Shown here: positions 39,544 through 54,151 of the stretch, in pieces | How the letters are laid out: each line of letters begins with the position of its first letter | Numbering within the stretch: position 1 is the first letter of the stretch | NCBI GenBank assembly: GCA_964016885.1 | Contig: OZ024742.1 | Span: forward strand, 319,548,001-319,612,000 | DNA length: 64,000 nt | Direction of reading: 5' to 3' | Origin: Eledone cirrhosa | Taxonomy: Eukaryota | Made by a program: the position numbers and the translations under genes | The notes under the pieces: generated by a model | The model's input: the letters and a program-made list of their open reading frames with translations, nothing else | The model's database searches: none | What the model was told of the DNA's origin: nothing

Positions 39544-41097
39544 TTAAAATTGTGTTGAATGGTTAAAAAGCTTGCTTCACAATCATGAAGTTTGAAAAGC
39601 CTCAGGTCAATCCAAGCATTTGGTTAACAGAAACTGCTTGGAAGCCTGTCCTGGATTATACCTCAGATCCAAAGGATCAGCCTTGTCTCTTTGAATTTCC
39701 TCAGAGAATTATGCTAATCCTCTGGTTCTATGAAACAAAGCCAACCATTGAAATGGGTTTCTATGTAAATTAGAACCTTCCCTATAATTATATATAAGAA
39801 CCTTTTAGGTTATGTTTAATACTACCTCCTTAATAAAACAATTCTATTAGTAAATCCTTTTAAAATTTTCATTAATTAAATGGAATACAGTGAATATCAT
39901 TAGAAATGTGCTCACAAATACCCACATTAATTTAATGAGTAGGATGCTCCATTGATTGTTTAACTGGAACACTCCTCATTGAAATTGATAGGGTCCATTT
40001 ACCTACAGTTCTACTCTTCCTCTGATTATATCTGACAGAAATTGCAGGAAGGAGTATCTGTGCTTAGACATCATCATCATGCATTGGATGGCTCATCACT
40101 CTCTAATTAGAGGGGTCAGTGACTTCATCTTGCTCATGCATTCCATATTTGGCATGGTTTCTCTGACTGGATGCCCTTCATAATGTCAGCTACTTAACAG
40201 AGTGTACTGGATGTATTTTATTGTGGCATCAGCACTACCACTATACAGAGTGTACTACGCACATTTTATCATGGCATCAACAATAGGCAGGTTGTTACAT
40301 ACATGCTCTGCCAGACTGGAGAGTCCCCTCTACCGTGTGCACTACATAGATGACACTATGAACATTTTTTTTTTTTTAATTTTTTAACGTCATTCATCCA
40401 CTTAATGTCATTCATCCATTCTATTTAGTGGAGAGTTTTTATTTTGTTTTATGGATGCCGAAGATGTTAAGAAAATTTCTTCAGTTGTGTGAAGGACATG
40501 GCAATTTTCTTTACTGGTGCCACAAAAAATGCACCCACTTCACTCTGTAAATTGGTTAGCATTGGGAAGGGCATTCAACTGTAGAAAACTTGCCAAACAG
40601 AGCTGAGAAGACTCTTCAGTTGTGTCAAAGTATGAAAACCTCCCTAGTGCTAATGCCACAATAAAATGTACCCAATATATTCTGTGAAATGTAGGAAGAT
40701 ACGTGAGCAAGATGTGATCCACAGCCCATCTGTGAATTCTGATTGTGTACTGATTTAGTCTATGTCCACCTGTCCAACCTATATAACATGGAAAAGCAGC
40801 CATTAAACGATGATGATGTTGCAATCTTTTTCATGTTCGAATTTAGCAGCAATAAATATCTTTAAATGTTTGCTTTGCTCTAATTTGTGCAGCCACTGCT
40901 ATTTATTACCTAGAACTTCACTTTCATCTTTTCTCTTAAAAAGCTATAACAGAACAAATTGGCTTCATACAAATTAAACAGAAGGAAATTAATGATCAGT
41001 TGAAAATATAGCTGTTTTTTGGTTGTTGGAAACACTCTATTAAGAAAGAGAACAAAATTATTGAAACCAATTATTTATCTTTGTAAATTGACCATTT

Positions 41098-41234
41098 AAG
41101 CATGGCTGTATGGTTTAAGAGTTAGCTTTGCAACCACAGGGTTTTGGGTTTGGTCCTAATGTGTGGCATCTCATTGTCATGAGTTGACTAATACCATGTG
41201 AGTGAAATTTTGTAGACAGAAACTGAAGAAGCCT

Positions 41235-41299
<65 letters not shown>

Positions 41300-41480
41300 C
41301 CATGTCTCCCTGTATGCTTGTGTTTATGTTATATGATGTAGCTTGACAAAAAGAGATAGATAAAATAAATACCAGGCTTGAAAAACAACTAAATACTAGG
41401 GTTGATATGATCAACTAAATCTCTTTGAGATAGTGTTCCAGCACAGCCACAGTCTAATGATTGAAGCCAGTAAAAGAATA
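41098..41480 (+). mobile_element. Degenerate SINE with internal (TG)n(AG)n
   Basis: Head GCATGGCTGTATGGTTTAAGAG..TTTGCAACCAC resembles the head at 15947. Confidence 0.6.
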
Positions 41481-43896
41481 AAAAAAACTAAGAAATACAA
41501 TCTATCATTTAACAAGATTGTCTCACCTCACATTACATGCACAAAACATATTTGGAATCATTTTATGGAGGATTAGCTGCACACAATGGAAGGAAATATT
41601 TTTCATTTATATTATAAAATGCACCCAGTACACTCTTCAAAGTGGTAGTGCTGGTGCTACAATAAAATGTACTCACTATACTCTGCAAAATGGCAATACT
41701 GATGCTATGGTAAGACTACTCTGTAATTGGTTGTGCTGGTGTATTGGTAAAATGTATTCAGTACAGTCTGAAAAGTAGTTGGCATAATGAAGGGTATCCA
41801 ACCAAAGAAACAATGTCAAAATCTGGAAGGCATAGGTCTCTGACCTGTCTAGTCTTAAACCATGACAACCTGTTCAACCCATACCAGCATAGAAAATGGA
41901 TGTAAGATAATGATGATTTACCTAGGGTTTAGATTTTTCATATATACCTTTTGATACCAAAATGGCTGGAAATGCTACTGGTTCCATGATACAAAGCTAT
42001 TTATTTTAGTGCTTATATTTAAACACATGATAATATTCGAGAACCATTATGTCTCAAACACTGGCTTAATAATGAGAAATTTAGTTATATCCCTTCAAAT
42101 TCTTGATTTTCAAAATGATTTGATAATCATAGGCATCAGAAATATGGCAATGAAAGTGGTAATAAATAAATAAATAAATAACGGTTTTCTATATTCTCAT
42201 GTGATGATATTGAACTATCAAACAAAACATTAGTATTTATGACGGCAGATACCAATTGAATGTTTGTTAGAATATTGGCAAAAACCAAACAACAACAATT
42301 TATTCCTATAGCAATGAAACATGTTTCTGTGATGTTGCTATTGCTATTTCTCATTAATTTTTAGCTATTACTTTCCCCTTCTCTACCTCAGTTTAATAGT
42401 ATAGTTATCTAAGGAGGGTTTGTGACTAGAGTGTTGGGCTTACAGTCTTTATGTCATCACAGGTTTGATTCCTGGACCAGCTGCCATGTATTCTTGAGCA
42501 AAAGGTCTTCAGTTTATATTGCTCCAGTCAACTTAGCTTAGTATGAGCACCAACAATAGCTGGGATTTAATCCTGCAGTAGACTGGCTTATATTCTTAGT
42601 CACTTAATGCCAATGAAATTGGGATAAGCACTGACTTAGACAGGCTTTAACCTTTTAATTCATGTAATAGCCAATGTCCACCCACTCACTACAATGTCTA
42701 CATTTCGCCTATCATTCATTGTGGATGGGATAGCCATTATTTTAATCACACACTCTTATGCATGTGTGCGTATCGTGTTGTGACATGTTGAGTTGGTGAA
42801 ATGTTACACATTCACAGACTTCTGTCTTCCTGGTGCTATTTGATTGGAGGGAAGAATGATGCAAAAATTAATGTCTAAGGGAGGTAATTCAAGTAAGCTC
42901 TCCCATTTCAATAAACTTCAAATAAATTAAAGTGCTTAGAATAAATAGAAATTACTGCATTGTTTCTCCACCATTCTTCATAACTTTGATGATTTTCTGT
43001 ATTGATTTGAAAATAAATTTCAGGTTAACCCTTTTGGTACCAAACTGCCCGAAATTACACTTAGTTTAATTATAAAAGAAACTGTTCCATCATCAATTTA
43101 AGTAAGAACCAATGTTAAATTATGGCTCCAAATACAAACGTAACTCTTTGTTACCACATTTCTAATGAAATGTACTGTATTTGAATTAAATTTTAGCACC
43201 CTGTAAGGATTTGGCAGAAAATGTCTGAAAACGTTATTGGGCATCAGTGTGGACATTTGCAGTATTAGAGTAAACACATTAATGTGATACAATCATGGTG
43301 CTGTTTTGTACTTTTCAAGAATGTATTTATAATGCTGTTTCTTGCAGTACAGAACATTGAGTTAATGATGATTTGGAGGAATATATGTTCCAAACATCAG
43401 CTTAATAATGAAAAATCAATTAATTCTTGATTATTTTTTTTAATGGAAAGTGTGTGGAAGCCTGTCACAATGCATGTGTTTGTGTTTACATTTACCGGTG
43501 TCTTGTGATTTAGCAGTTCAACAAAATAGAAATTAATAAAATAAGTACTAGACTTGAAAAAAATAAGTACTGGGGCCAATATGATTGACTTAATTCCGCC
43601 AAGGCAGTGTCCCAGCATGGTCAAAGTCTTATGGCCAAAACTGGTGAAAGAATGAAAGAAATGTGTATCACCTTAGATAAAGGTTCCCAGCCTGAAGCAA
43701 ATTTTGACTACTTGGGGATAAATTTGCTATTTCTGGATTTGTACATATTTTTGTTTTCAATTATAATTAAAAATAATCTAAAGTTGAATAAGAAATTTGA
43801 AGTATACCTATTTTTTTTGTCAAAATACTAATTTGTTTTCTTTCAACTGTTTCACACTTACTGATCTTTATGTGTCTCATCGACTGACATATTCAC

Positions 43897-44003
43897 ATTG
43901 GCTAATTGTATATAGTCCTAGTACCAACATCTGTTCATCATTAGTTGTTTGTATTGACTAATTGTATTCAGTCCTAGTACCAATATCCGTTCACCATTAG
44001 TTG
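43897..44003. repeat. 56-bp-period tandem duplication (2 copies)
   Basis: ATTG(G/A)CTAATTGTAT..AGTCCTAGTACCAA.ATC.GTTCA.CATTAGTTG at 43897 and 43953. Confidence 0.85.
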
Positions 44004-44306
44004 ATGGAGGTAAATTTACCTTTGAAAAGTTACCACGAGGTAACCCTCCCCCAACCTCAGATAATATTCTTGGAAAATATAACAATATTAGCATCTTTTG
44101 TTTTTCCTTAGCTTTTGCCCCTTTGACAGATTTTTCTTATGTCAGAAAAAGGTTTGACAAATCAGGTTGTCACATGTTGACATTTCAAGATGATATATTT
44201 TTCTGAGAACATTTAATCCATGTTTCCATAGATTATCAGCTTCCAGATTTTATCAAAAGACGGTCACCCATTGTTGTTGTTTGTTTTTGTTTTTTTCTTC
44301 TTACAG

Positions 44307-44684
44307 TATGTGGAGGAGGTGGAGGTGGCGGGGGAGAGGGAGGAGAAAGTTTAGCCAGTACTGATAGTCAATCTCAGGAAGTCCTAGTCCAGCAGCTGCC
44401 TGTGACCACGTCTCCCGTTTTGCAGCAGTCGAATGGGGAACAGCCGGTTCAGGTGGCTGGTACTGAATCCAAAGATGTCGTTTCCTTGGGTCCAGCCAGC
44501 GTGGTTACTACCATGTCCAACGTGGAAACCTCTAGCTCGATCTCCACAGTTCCCAGAACTTTACCAGCCAGCACAGACAGAGGTGATACTGTGAAGGAAG
44601 CAGCAATTCCAATAACAAGCACCCCACCTGTGTCAGACATCCCTGGCAGACGAAATATCAGGCAGGCTTTGCGACCTAAGCGAT
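44307..44684 (+). CDS. Internal coding exon B of the same host gene (Gly/Ser/Thr/Pro-rich), phase 1 to phase 1
   Basis: Polypyrimidine tract with TTACAG| acceptor. Frame CGGGGGGGGEGGESLASTDSQSQEVLVQQLPVTT...IPGRRNIRQALRPKR. Donor |GTAAAT. Phase matches the end of exon A. Confidence 0.75.
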
Positions 44685-44792
44685 GTAAATATTCCAATTA
44701 TTTTCCATTTTTTTCTTTGATCTTTTTGTGGCTATAAAACAGAACCAGCAGCCTCAGTCTTTACGCGTTTGTTTATCTTTTCCCTCCCCAGA

Positions 44793-44816
44793 AATATATA
44801 TATATATATATTATAT

Positions 44817-44869
<53 letters not shown>

Positions 44870-44907
44870 TATATTATATTATATTATATATATATTATAT
44901 ATTATAT

Positions 44908-44940
<33 letters not shown>

Positions 44941-44962
44941 TATATTATATTATATATTATAT

Positions 44963-45025
<63 letters not shown>

Positions 45026-45057
45026 ATATATATATTATATATATATTATATATATAT

Positions 45058-45088
<31 letters not shown>

Positions 45089-45205
45089 ATATATATATAT
45101 ATATATTATATATATAATATATTTATATATATATATATAATATAGTTATATATATATATATAATATAGTTATATATATATATATAATATAGTTATATAAT
45201 ATATT

Positions 45206-45236
<31 letters not shown>

Positions 45237-45333
45237 ATATATTTATTTATATATATATATTATATATATATAATATATTTATTTATATATATATATTATA
45301 TATATATAATATATTTATTTATATATATATATT

Positions 45334-45399
<66 letters not shown>

Positions 45400-45605
45400 A
45401 TATATATATATTATATATATATAATATATTTATTTATATATATATATTATATATATATAATATATTTATTTATATATATATATTATATATATATAATATA
45501 TATATAATATATATATATTATATATATATAATATATTTATTTATATATATACAATATATATATATTATATATATATAATATATTTATTTATATATATATA
45601 ATATA

Positions 45606-45637
<32 letters not shown>

Positions 45638-45777
45638 ATATATTTATATATATTATATTTATATATATTATATATATATATATATAATATATATATATTA
45701 TATATATTATATATATATATATAATATATATATATATTATATATATATAATATATTTATTTATATATATATAATATA

Positions 45778-45809
<32 letters not shown>

Positions 45810-45921
45810 ATATATTTATATATATTATATTTATATATATTATATATATATATATATAATATATATATATTATATATATATATATATAATATATATATAT
45901 ATTATATATATTATATATTTA

Positions 45922-45963
<42 letters not shown>

Positions 45964-46085
45964 TATATATAATATATATATTTATATATATTATATATAT
46001 TTATATATATATATATAATAAAATAATTGTATTATATATATTATATATAATAAAATAATTGTATTATATATATTATATTATTTAT
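44793..46085. repeat. ~1.3-kb almost pure A/T low-complexity tract
   Basis: Direct observation; contains internal short duplications. Confidence 0.95.
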
Positions 46086-46641
46086 AAAATTCAGTCATCT
46101 TTTTTTTATTTGTTCTATTATTTTTTTTTATATTATGGTGAGAATGTTTGATACTAATCATGATTACAGACAGTGGCAGTTATTTTGTTTGAATGCAGTT
46201 TGGCTTATAATACATCCAAGTCTCAACATTAAATTTATTGTTCTGTCCCCCCCCCCCCCCCCCCCCCCAACTATATTTCTGTGCCCCCCTTCCTACCTCC
46301 ATTCCTCTGTCTTTCTCTCGCTTTTGTAGGTTTACTACTTGCCAACAAATAACAAAAACAAAATTAATAAAATAATTCACTTTATCTTATATTGTATTTT
46401 CTCGAGCTTAGACTATCTTATTTAATCTTCCTTATCTGGCACATGCATGCATGTGCACACGCACACATCTTTACACACACACGTGTGTGTGGGTGAGTAA
46501 CAATACTCGTTTTTCGCTTATACATGTACATATATACACTTTTCAACTTACATAACTTATGTGGTTTTGCAAAGTTAGCTATTTATTATTGAGACCTATT
46601 TGAAAATAGATTTTGGTGAGGTTAATATGTATGGTTTAAAC

Positions 46642-46918
46642 CAGGGGTTCTCAACCTGTGGACCACCTAAACTTTGAACTCTTTTGTAATAGAACTGCTA
46701 TTTATAAGCATCAGTAGATGTTTTTTTTTTTCAATGAATTAGAAAATGCTATTATGTCGCAGTGCCTAAAAATCTACGCAAATAAACAGCTGAAGTCATA
46801 CTTATGCGAAGAATAAGAACAGCGCTTTAAGTCAAATGCATGGATCAAAAAAGAATTTGCTATTGAAAATTTTCTGTGGACCACTAGTGGTCCACATGAA
46901 CCAGGTTGAGAACCCCTG
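46642..46918. mobile_element. hAT-type MITE (277 bp)
   Basis: Perfect 17-bp TIR CAGGGGTTCTCAACCTG. Perfect 8-bp TSD GTTTAAAC at 46634-46641 and 46919-46926. Confidence 0.92.
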
Positions 46919-46969
46919 GTTTAAACCGATCACAGTCAACTACTGTTTTATTGTTCATAATTATTCTGT

Positions 46970-48577
46970 TTCTTTGGAACCATCAATAGCACTCCCTGAG
47001 CAAACTGGAGACGTTGTGACAGAGTTTAGATGGTTCAACATAGCAGTTTCTGCTTCACCTGTCAAATACTGTGGGTGAAAGAAGCTTGGCTTAGAAATAT
47101 GTCCTCCTTCTTGCATTTGCAGTACAAGCAGGCATGAAAAATTGCAGCAGAGACAGTAAAGGCATCCAAAGTTTAGACATAGAAGGACTTTGGAGTTAAG
47201 CTAGAATCCAACTTCAGACCAGCAAATAAAGTGTTCTGGCAGACCATCTGCTGACTTTGTAATAAGAAGCCCTGCTCTACACTTGCCACCAGAAACACAC
47301 CAGGATTCTACTCTCTTCAGAGAAGTGGATCTTCTCGAGGTTGAGAGAATACTTTGCTGAAATCTTAAACCTGATCACAACAGCATCTGATGTACATGCA
47401 GGAGTAGTGACTAATCTCTTGAGGCTGAGCTCACAAAAGCAGTTGAGCTCAAATGTGGCAAGGTCGCTGGGAAAAATGAAATCCAACCCAAGATATTAAA
47501 ATTCTTAAATAAAGAAGGTATTCTTTGGCTGACTAGTGTGTGCTGAGTGGCCTGAATCTCTGGAAAGGCACCTAAGCAATGGCAACCAGGAAGTGCTGTG
47601 GAAGTTCTGCAGGAGTATGGGATCGAGGGTCGGCTCCTTGCTGCCCTGATGTCTCTATACGAATGGCCGCATATTTGTGTTCTGATAAATGATACTAAAT
47701 TGAAACCAATGTGGGAGTCGGACTCTGCCAAGGATGTATACTGTCACCTCTCCTGTTCATTATTTTCATGAATAGTATTGACATGCGCAACCAGATTGGA
47801 AGTGGTGTCACAACTGGCAGGTATAAAATCAGTCGGCTGAATTTTGCAGACGGCATGGTGTTACTTAACTCGACAAAAGGTGTTCTCCGACTTGCACTTG
47901 ATAGGTTTGATGCCGAGTGCTGCATGGCTGGAATGAAAATCAGTGCTGCAAAAAATGAAATACTCGTCCTCTAAGGAAGTCTGTGCAGTGCACTTTACAT
48001 GTGAATCAGGTGGAGAAGTTCAAATATCTCAGGGCTGTGTTCACAAGTGATGGAAGGCAGGAGGCTGAATTAAGTACAAGAATTGCAAGAGCTGGTGCAG
48101 TAATGTGCTGGCTTCAGCATTCAGTAATCAGAAGGGAGGTAGGTGTAAAAGCCAAACTTGTTATCTTCAATTTGGTATTCATGCCAAAATTTACCTATGG
48201 TCACGAATCTTGGGTAATGACCGAAAGAATATCATCGCAAATACAAGTGCTTCTGAGGGGTCTTTGTAGTAACATTACTCGATAGAGTGTGTAGCTTGGA
48301 GATCAGAAAGTCACTGCAGGTAGAGTCCTCTTTCTCTAAATTGAGAGATCACAGCTATGATACAATAGGCATGTGGTTAGAATGTCTCAGGAAAGAATCG
48401 CTGGAAGATTTTACGGACAAAACCAACTAGCAGGAGACCCAGGATAGCCTCCGAGCAAGATGGTTGGATAACATCCATGAACTTGGCTTGTCTCGCTTGA
48501 AGATGGTTGCTTCTGGAAGGAGTGTTTGACGACTCTGCTCTCACGACCCTCTCTGGAATACTCGGGTGAAGAAGAAA
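46970..48577 (+). mobile_element. Decayed RTE-clade LINE (family B)
   Basis: VGLCQGCILSPLLFIIFM, LNFADG, QVEKFKYL and TYGHESWVMTER. 3' end GGGTGAAGAAGAA. Confidence 0.88.
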
Positions 48578-50084
48578 TTTTTGCTTATATATATTTTTGT
48601 TATTAAAAAGGGAGCAATTAATTGCAATGTGCCCTCATATTCAAAAATTATTTATAAAACACTCCCTGATTGGTTTAAATTAAAAAATAGTTTCCTAATT
48701 CATCCAATCATTGAGTATTTTACATCCAATCACTGAGTATCTCACAGACCACGACTTTAGTTCTGTTTCAACTATGAAATGAAAACAAACGACTTTAATG
48801 TCATGACTAGAGCTGTAGTTAGGTAGCAAAGGTTTTAACAAATTTCTTCTGAAATTGTGATGGAAGGTTTTTTAGATAAATATAAACACTTTAAAACAAA
48901 CAGTTTTTTTTTTAATCGTAGAACCAGGGCCAGTTTTGGTCAATTTGATATAAAATGAGTTGACGGTAGTTGTTGTTTCTACAAACCTTGAAAACATTTT
49001 GCAATGAAGCCATGACAATTTAGTCTCATTCAACAGTACCAAATCAAGGAAACACTCACAGCACCACATCCTTCCTACCCATCAATGAAGTACATTTAAA
49101 AAAACTACAAATCCTTGTGATTTTTCATGATGATGCATCTATAACATGGACAAAATCACATCCCCAAATCTGAGTTTTCTATACAGGACTGGTGGCCACT
49201 TGAGCATAGTCAACTATATGAGGCACACATGTATTCTACACCACTATCTTGATTATACACCTAGAATAGTTCATCTACCACATGTATCTGTTTGGACTAC
49301 ATACATAAAATAGGCTGTTTATTTTATAAGTACACCACAGTCCACCAACACGTAGTAACCTCTTTATCTTTTCAGTTGCTAATACAATAACTTCTGCTCT
49401 TCTGAACTAGTCAAAACTCACTTCATATACTTAACACTTCTCTATTTGCTGCTGCTACTAACCACATAACAAAGACTACCACTGTAGAATATTTTCCTTA
49501 CTTCTAGTTTCCTTTCTAACACCAAGCTACAGAAGTTCAAACTAATTCACAACCAAGCTACCTTTACCTTTCAATCTAATGGAACGTATGCAACCTGTAG
49601 ATTTAGATGATCTAATAAAACAATGATACAGAAAATCAGTATTTTGCCGTAATAGATGTTTAGAAAATTTGCTGAAGTGCTTCATCTTCAAGTCATTTTG
49701 ACAGTGATATCTCTGCCATTGTCTTTTAAGCTTAATTTATTTCAAACTTCCAAAAACATCTTTCTACAATTGAATAACAGAAATAATACAAAATATTAGT
49801 CGAGAAAGTTGTTTTATTATGCTTGTTGTTTAACCAATCCTTTTCATACTTTCTAATGAAAGGCACCACTTTCAAAGCATTTTGAAAATAATTAAGAATT
49901 TGGAGGGATTTAGTGAAATAACCAACTTCATTATTTATCTGATGTTTGGAGCATAGTTTAACAGAGGGTCTTGCATAAAATTATGACGGTAGACTTTTAG
50001 ATAAATATAAACACCTTGTTCATAATCTTTATAGACAGGCTTGACATGCACAGCCGGGTTGGAAGTCGTATCAAGACTGGCAGA

Positions 50085-50860
50085 TATAGGATTAGTCAGC
50101 TGGAATTTGCGGACAACTTCACTTGTCAGGTGATCTCCAACATGCACTTGATAGGTTTGATGCCAAGTGCTGCATGACAAGAATGAAAATCTGTACTGCA
50201 AAAATTGAGACACTGGTCTTCTCAAGGAATCCTGTGCAGTGCACTCTACATGTAAGTGGGGTTCCACTGAAGCAGCTGAAGAGGTTCAATTATCTCGGGG
50301 CTGTGTTCATGAGTGATGGAAGGTAGGATGGTGAATTAAGTGCAAGAATTGCAGTAACTAAGAAGGAAGTTAGCTGTAAAAGCCAAACTTGCTATATTCA
50401 ATTTAAGTATTTGTGCCAACCCTTACTTATGGTCATGAATCTTGGGTAATGACTGAAAGAATACAATCATGAATACAAGGTCGAAATGAGGTTCCTCCGA
50501 AGGGTGCTCAGAGTAACATTACTCAATAGAGTACGTAGCTCTGAGATAGAGAGTCATTTCAGGTAAAGCCGCTACTTCTACAAATTGAGAGATCGCAGCT
50601 CCTATATTGCAGGCATGTGGTTAGAATGTCTCAGGAAAGAATTGCTGGACAGATTTTATTGGCAAAACCAACTGGCAGGAGATCCAGGGATAGACCCTGA
50701 GATGTTTGGATAACATTCAGGAGTTTGGCTGATCTTGCTTGTGGATGAAGTGGATCAATTGGAGACTGTTGTTTCTGACAGGACCCACTGGAAGGAGTGT
50801 TTGAGGACTCTGCCTCCACAACACTCCTAGGGAATAAGTGGATGAAGAAGGCGGATGAGG
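50085..50860 (+). mobile_element. RTE family B 3' fragment
   Basis: DLQHALDRFDAKC..CTLHVSGVPLKQLKRFNYLG; same 3' end as the 46970 copy. Confidence 0.85.
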
Positions 50861-50937
50861 AGAAATTATTTATCTAAGAAAAGAAAAATAAAGAATGGAA
50901 AAATCACTTGGCTGTTAAAAAGTCAAATACAAAGCAG

Positions 50938-51172
50938 TTTAGCCTTTTCTATACCAAACTGCCTAAAACTGTCTTTGGTTTTAAAATACAAAGTTATTTA
51001 TATTCATCGAAAATCTTTCTATTATAATTTTATGTAACAACTTTTGCAAAGTTATGCTCCAGACACCAGAAAGTTAGTTGCATTACTAAATCTCATCAAA
51101 TCATTGGTTATCTTCAAAATTAATTGAAAGACATAGTGTCCTTCATTGGAAATATTGTAATGAAAGAGTTAA
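50938..51172 (+). mobile_element. piggyBac-type MITE copy
   Basis: TTAGCCTTTTCTATACCAAACTGCCTAAAAC at one end and TTCATTGGAAATATTGTAATGAAAGAGTTAA at the other. Confidence 0.6.
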
Positions 51173-52113
51173 TATATACATATGTACTCAGTTGCCTTCA
51201 AAACCTCGTGTAATTCTGTATTGCACTAGTAATTGAATCAGTTGTTAAATTTTCCTATCTCTAGGCACAAACTTGAATTTATTGTTAATGTGTTCACCTT
51301 GTAGTGTATTTCATTAGAAATATGGTAATGAAACAGTATTGTAGCCTCAATGAATCATAGATATGTATATTCTTTAGAGTAAAGGTGTAAATGTTTGTGT
51401 GAATCTAAGTTACTGAACTATTGATTGCACAATCTTTGTTTTAGTAATTCTAAGCCAGACACCAATTTACCTGCTAGTTTACTGCCTAGCTGTAAAACTA
51501 GGTAACACTTTTGCTTTACTTTTTGATATTTATCATTAGGAAAAATAACCCTTTTCATACTAATCTGCCTGAAGTTGTTTATTGGTTCTATGACATAGAG
51601 CTGTTTATTTTGCAAATATGAGCTTTATAAGAAGAAAGTTATTTTATTAAATCTCTGAAAATCTTGAACTGTCTTTCATTAAAAATATGATACTGAAGAG
51701 GTTAAAGCTAATTTTTTTTTTTTTAAATATGCAAATATCCAAATTTCTAACTGGTATTAACCCTTTCATTACTATATTTCTAACAAAAACAGTACCAATA
51801 GTCCACCCTTTACTACCCTTCTTAATGACCATAAGCCATGTGACACTTTTCCCTTTCAAAAATTTGATTGGCAACGATCAGTTCGAGAATTTTTTTTATT
51901 CTGAGAGGTCTCTTCAAAAGCCATTAGTCGCACAGCTATAACTGAACTTTAGCTGCACACCATTCAGCAAAACTGCAGTTGGCACATTGAAGTAAAATTA
52001 GGTAAATTTCTATTTATTATAATGCTCGGTTTGTTTGTAAACAAACATCCCAAATTAAGCCGTACAGTGTTGAAGCAACCATCGTTGCCCTTTTGTTCAA
52101 CACTGACAAAGGA

Positions 52114-52156
52114 ACGATGTACTAGTTTCAAGCTTATTAGCTAGCGTCAGCACCGT
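52114..52156 (-). ncRNA. Degenerate minimal type I hammerhead ribozyme candidate
   Basis: Minus strand ACGGTG-CTGACGC-T-AGCT-AATA-AGCT-T-GAAAC-TA-GTA-CATCGT. Stems I, II and palindromic stem III are present; the core deviates at A9 and the 10.1/11.1 pair. Confidence 0.6.
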
Positions 52157-52384
52157 ATACCTTCTTGCATTATAATAAATGTTCGGTTAATCCATACGTA
52201 CATATATATATGTGTGCATGTATGTATATATATATACATACTACTGTACGTCTATATACATATATGTATGTACGCATACATACTTATATTTAAGTAACAG
52301 CCGTACTAAGAGTGAGAAATGAAATTTTGTTTCATTTTTTCCATATATATATATATACACATACATATACATATATATATATAC

Positions 52385-52426
<42 letters not shown>

Positions 52427-52774
52427 GGAGGCACATGGCTTAGTGGTTAGAGCATTGGCCTTGCAATCGAAAGGTTGTGAGTTCAATTCTCAGACCGGGT
52501 GATGTGTTGTTTCCTTGAGCAAGGCACTTTATTTCACATTGCTCCAGTTTACTCAGCTGTAGAAATGAGATGATAGGGACTGGTGTCCCTATCATTCCAC
52601 TGTAAAGTGGTCGTGGAGGTGCCACGGCAAAAAAGCACCCAGCACTCACTGTAAATGAGGTTGGTGTTAGGAAGGGCATCCAGCTGTAGAAATCAAGCCA
52701 GCATCAGTTCCCATCCCACCCTTGCAAGCAGGGAAAAAGCGGATGTAAAATGAAATGATGATGATGATGATGAT
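52427..52774 (+). mobile_element. Full-length SINE family S1
   Basis: A box TGGCTTAGTGG, B box GAGTTCAATTC, internal 11-bp hairpin ATGATAGGGAC-TGGT-GTCCCTATCAT, RTE-like tail and (GAT)n. Confidence 0.9.
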
Positions 52775-52786
52775 ATATATATATAC

Positions 52787-52857
<71 letters not shown>

Positions 52858-52928
52858 TATATATACATATATATATATATACACACATATATATATATAC
52901 ATATATATATATATACACATATATATAT

Positions 52929-53063
<135 letters not shown>

Positions 53064-53071
53064 CATATATT

Positions 53072-53360
53072 CTAAGGCGTGTAAAATTCCCGAGATCTAT
53101 GGACGAGTTCTCTCCAGCGGTCTCTGTCCCTCATTATCACTGCTATGTTCTGCGTCTCCAACAGACCAGTGTCTGTCCTTAGGGCATCAACATACGTTAA
53201 CCTTGGTCTTCCTCTTCTAGTGTGTCCATGTAGGGGCTCCCAAAGGAGCACTGAGTGCAATGTCAACTCTGGATGTCGGTGAGCATGTCCAGCTAACCTC
53301 AGTCTCCTCTGTGACACTTTTGGGATGCTCCCATACAGCTCTGAGTTTTTCATCCTCAGT
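53072..53360 (-). mobile_element. 3' end of a third RTE family (family C)
   Basis: [47 protein letters not shown]. Confidence 0.85.
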
Positions 53361-53410
53361 GTAGAAGGAGCAACATGAAAGAAAGTGTCTTGCCACACGC
53401 CTTCACTTAC

Positions 53411-53865
<455 letters not shown>

Positions 53866-53926
53866 CATATATATATATACATTTACAGGGAATAACGACG
53901 GCCTATGCCTCCGTTAATTTATCGTG

Positions 53927-53978
<52 letters not shown>

Positions 53979-53979
53979 G

Positions 53980-54060
<81 letters not shown>

Positions 54061-54075
54061 GTATATATATATATG

Positions 54076-54149
<74 letters not shown>

Positions 54150-54151
<2 letters not shown>

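Noticed and set aside
49640-49700. Possible fourth hammerhead on the minus strand (TTGAAGATG...CTAAACATC)
   Set aside because: Both core boxes are mutated and stems I and II are not convincing
52427-52500. tRNA-like sequence (also at 380-451, 15947 and 53411)
   Set aside because: No complete cloverleaf acceptor stem, and each continues into a SINE body, so these are SINE heads rather than tRNA genes
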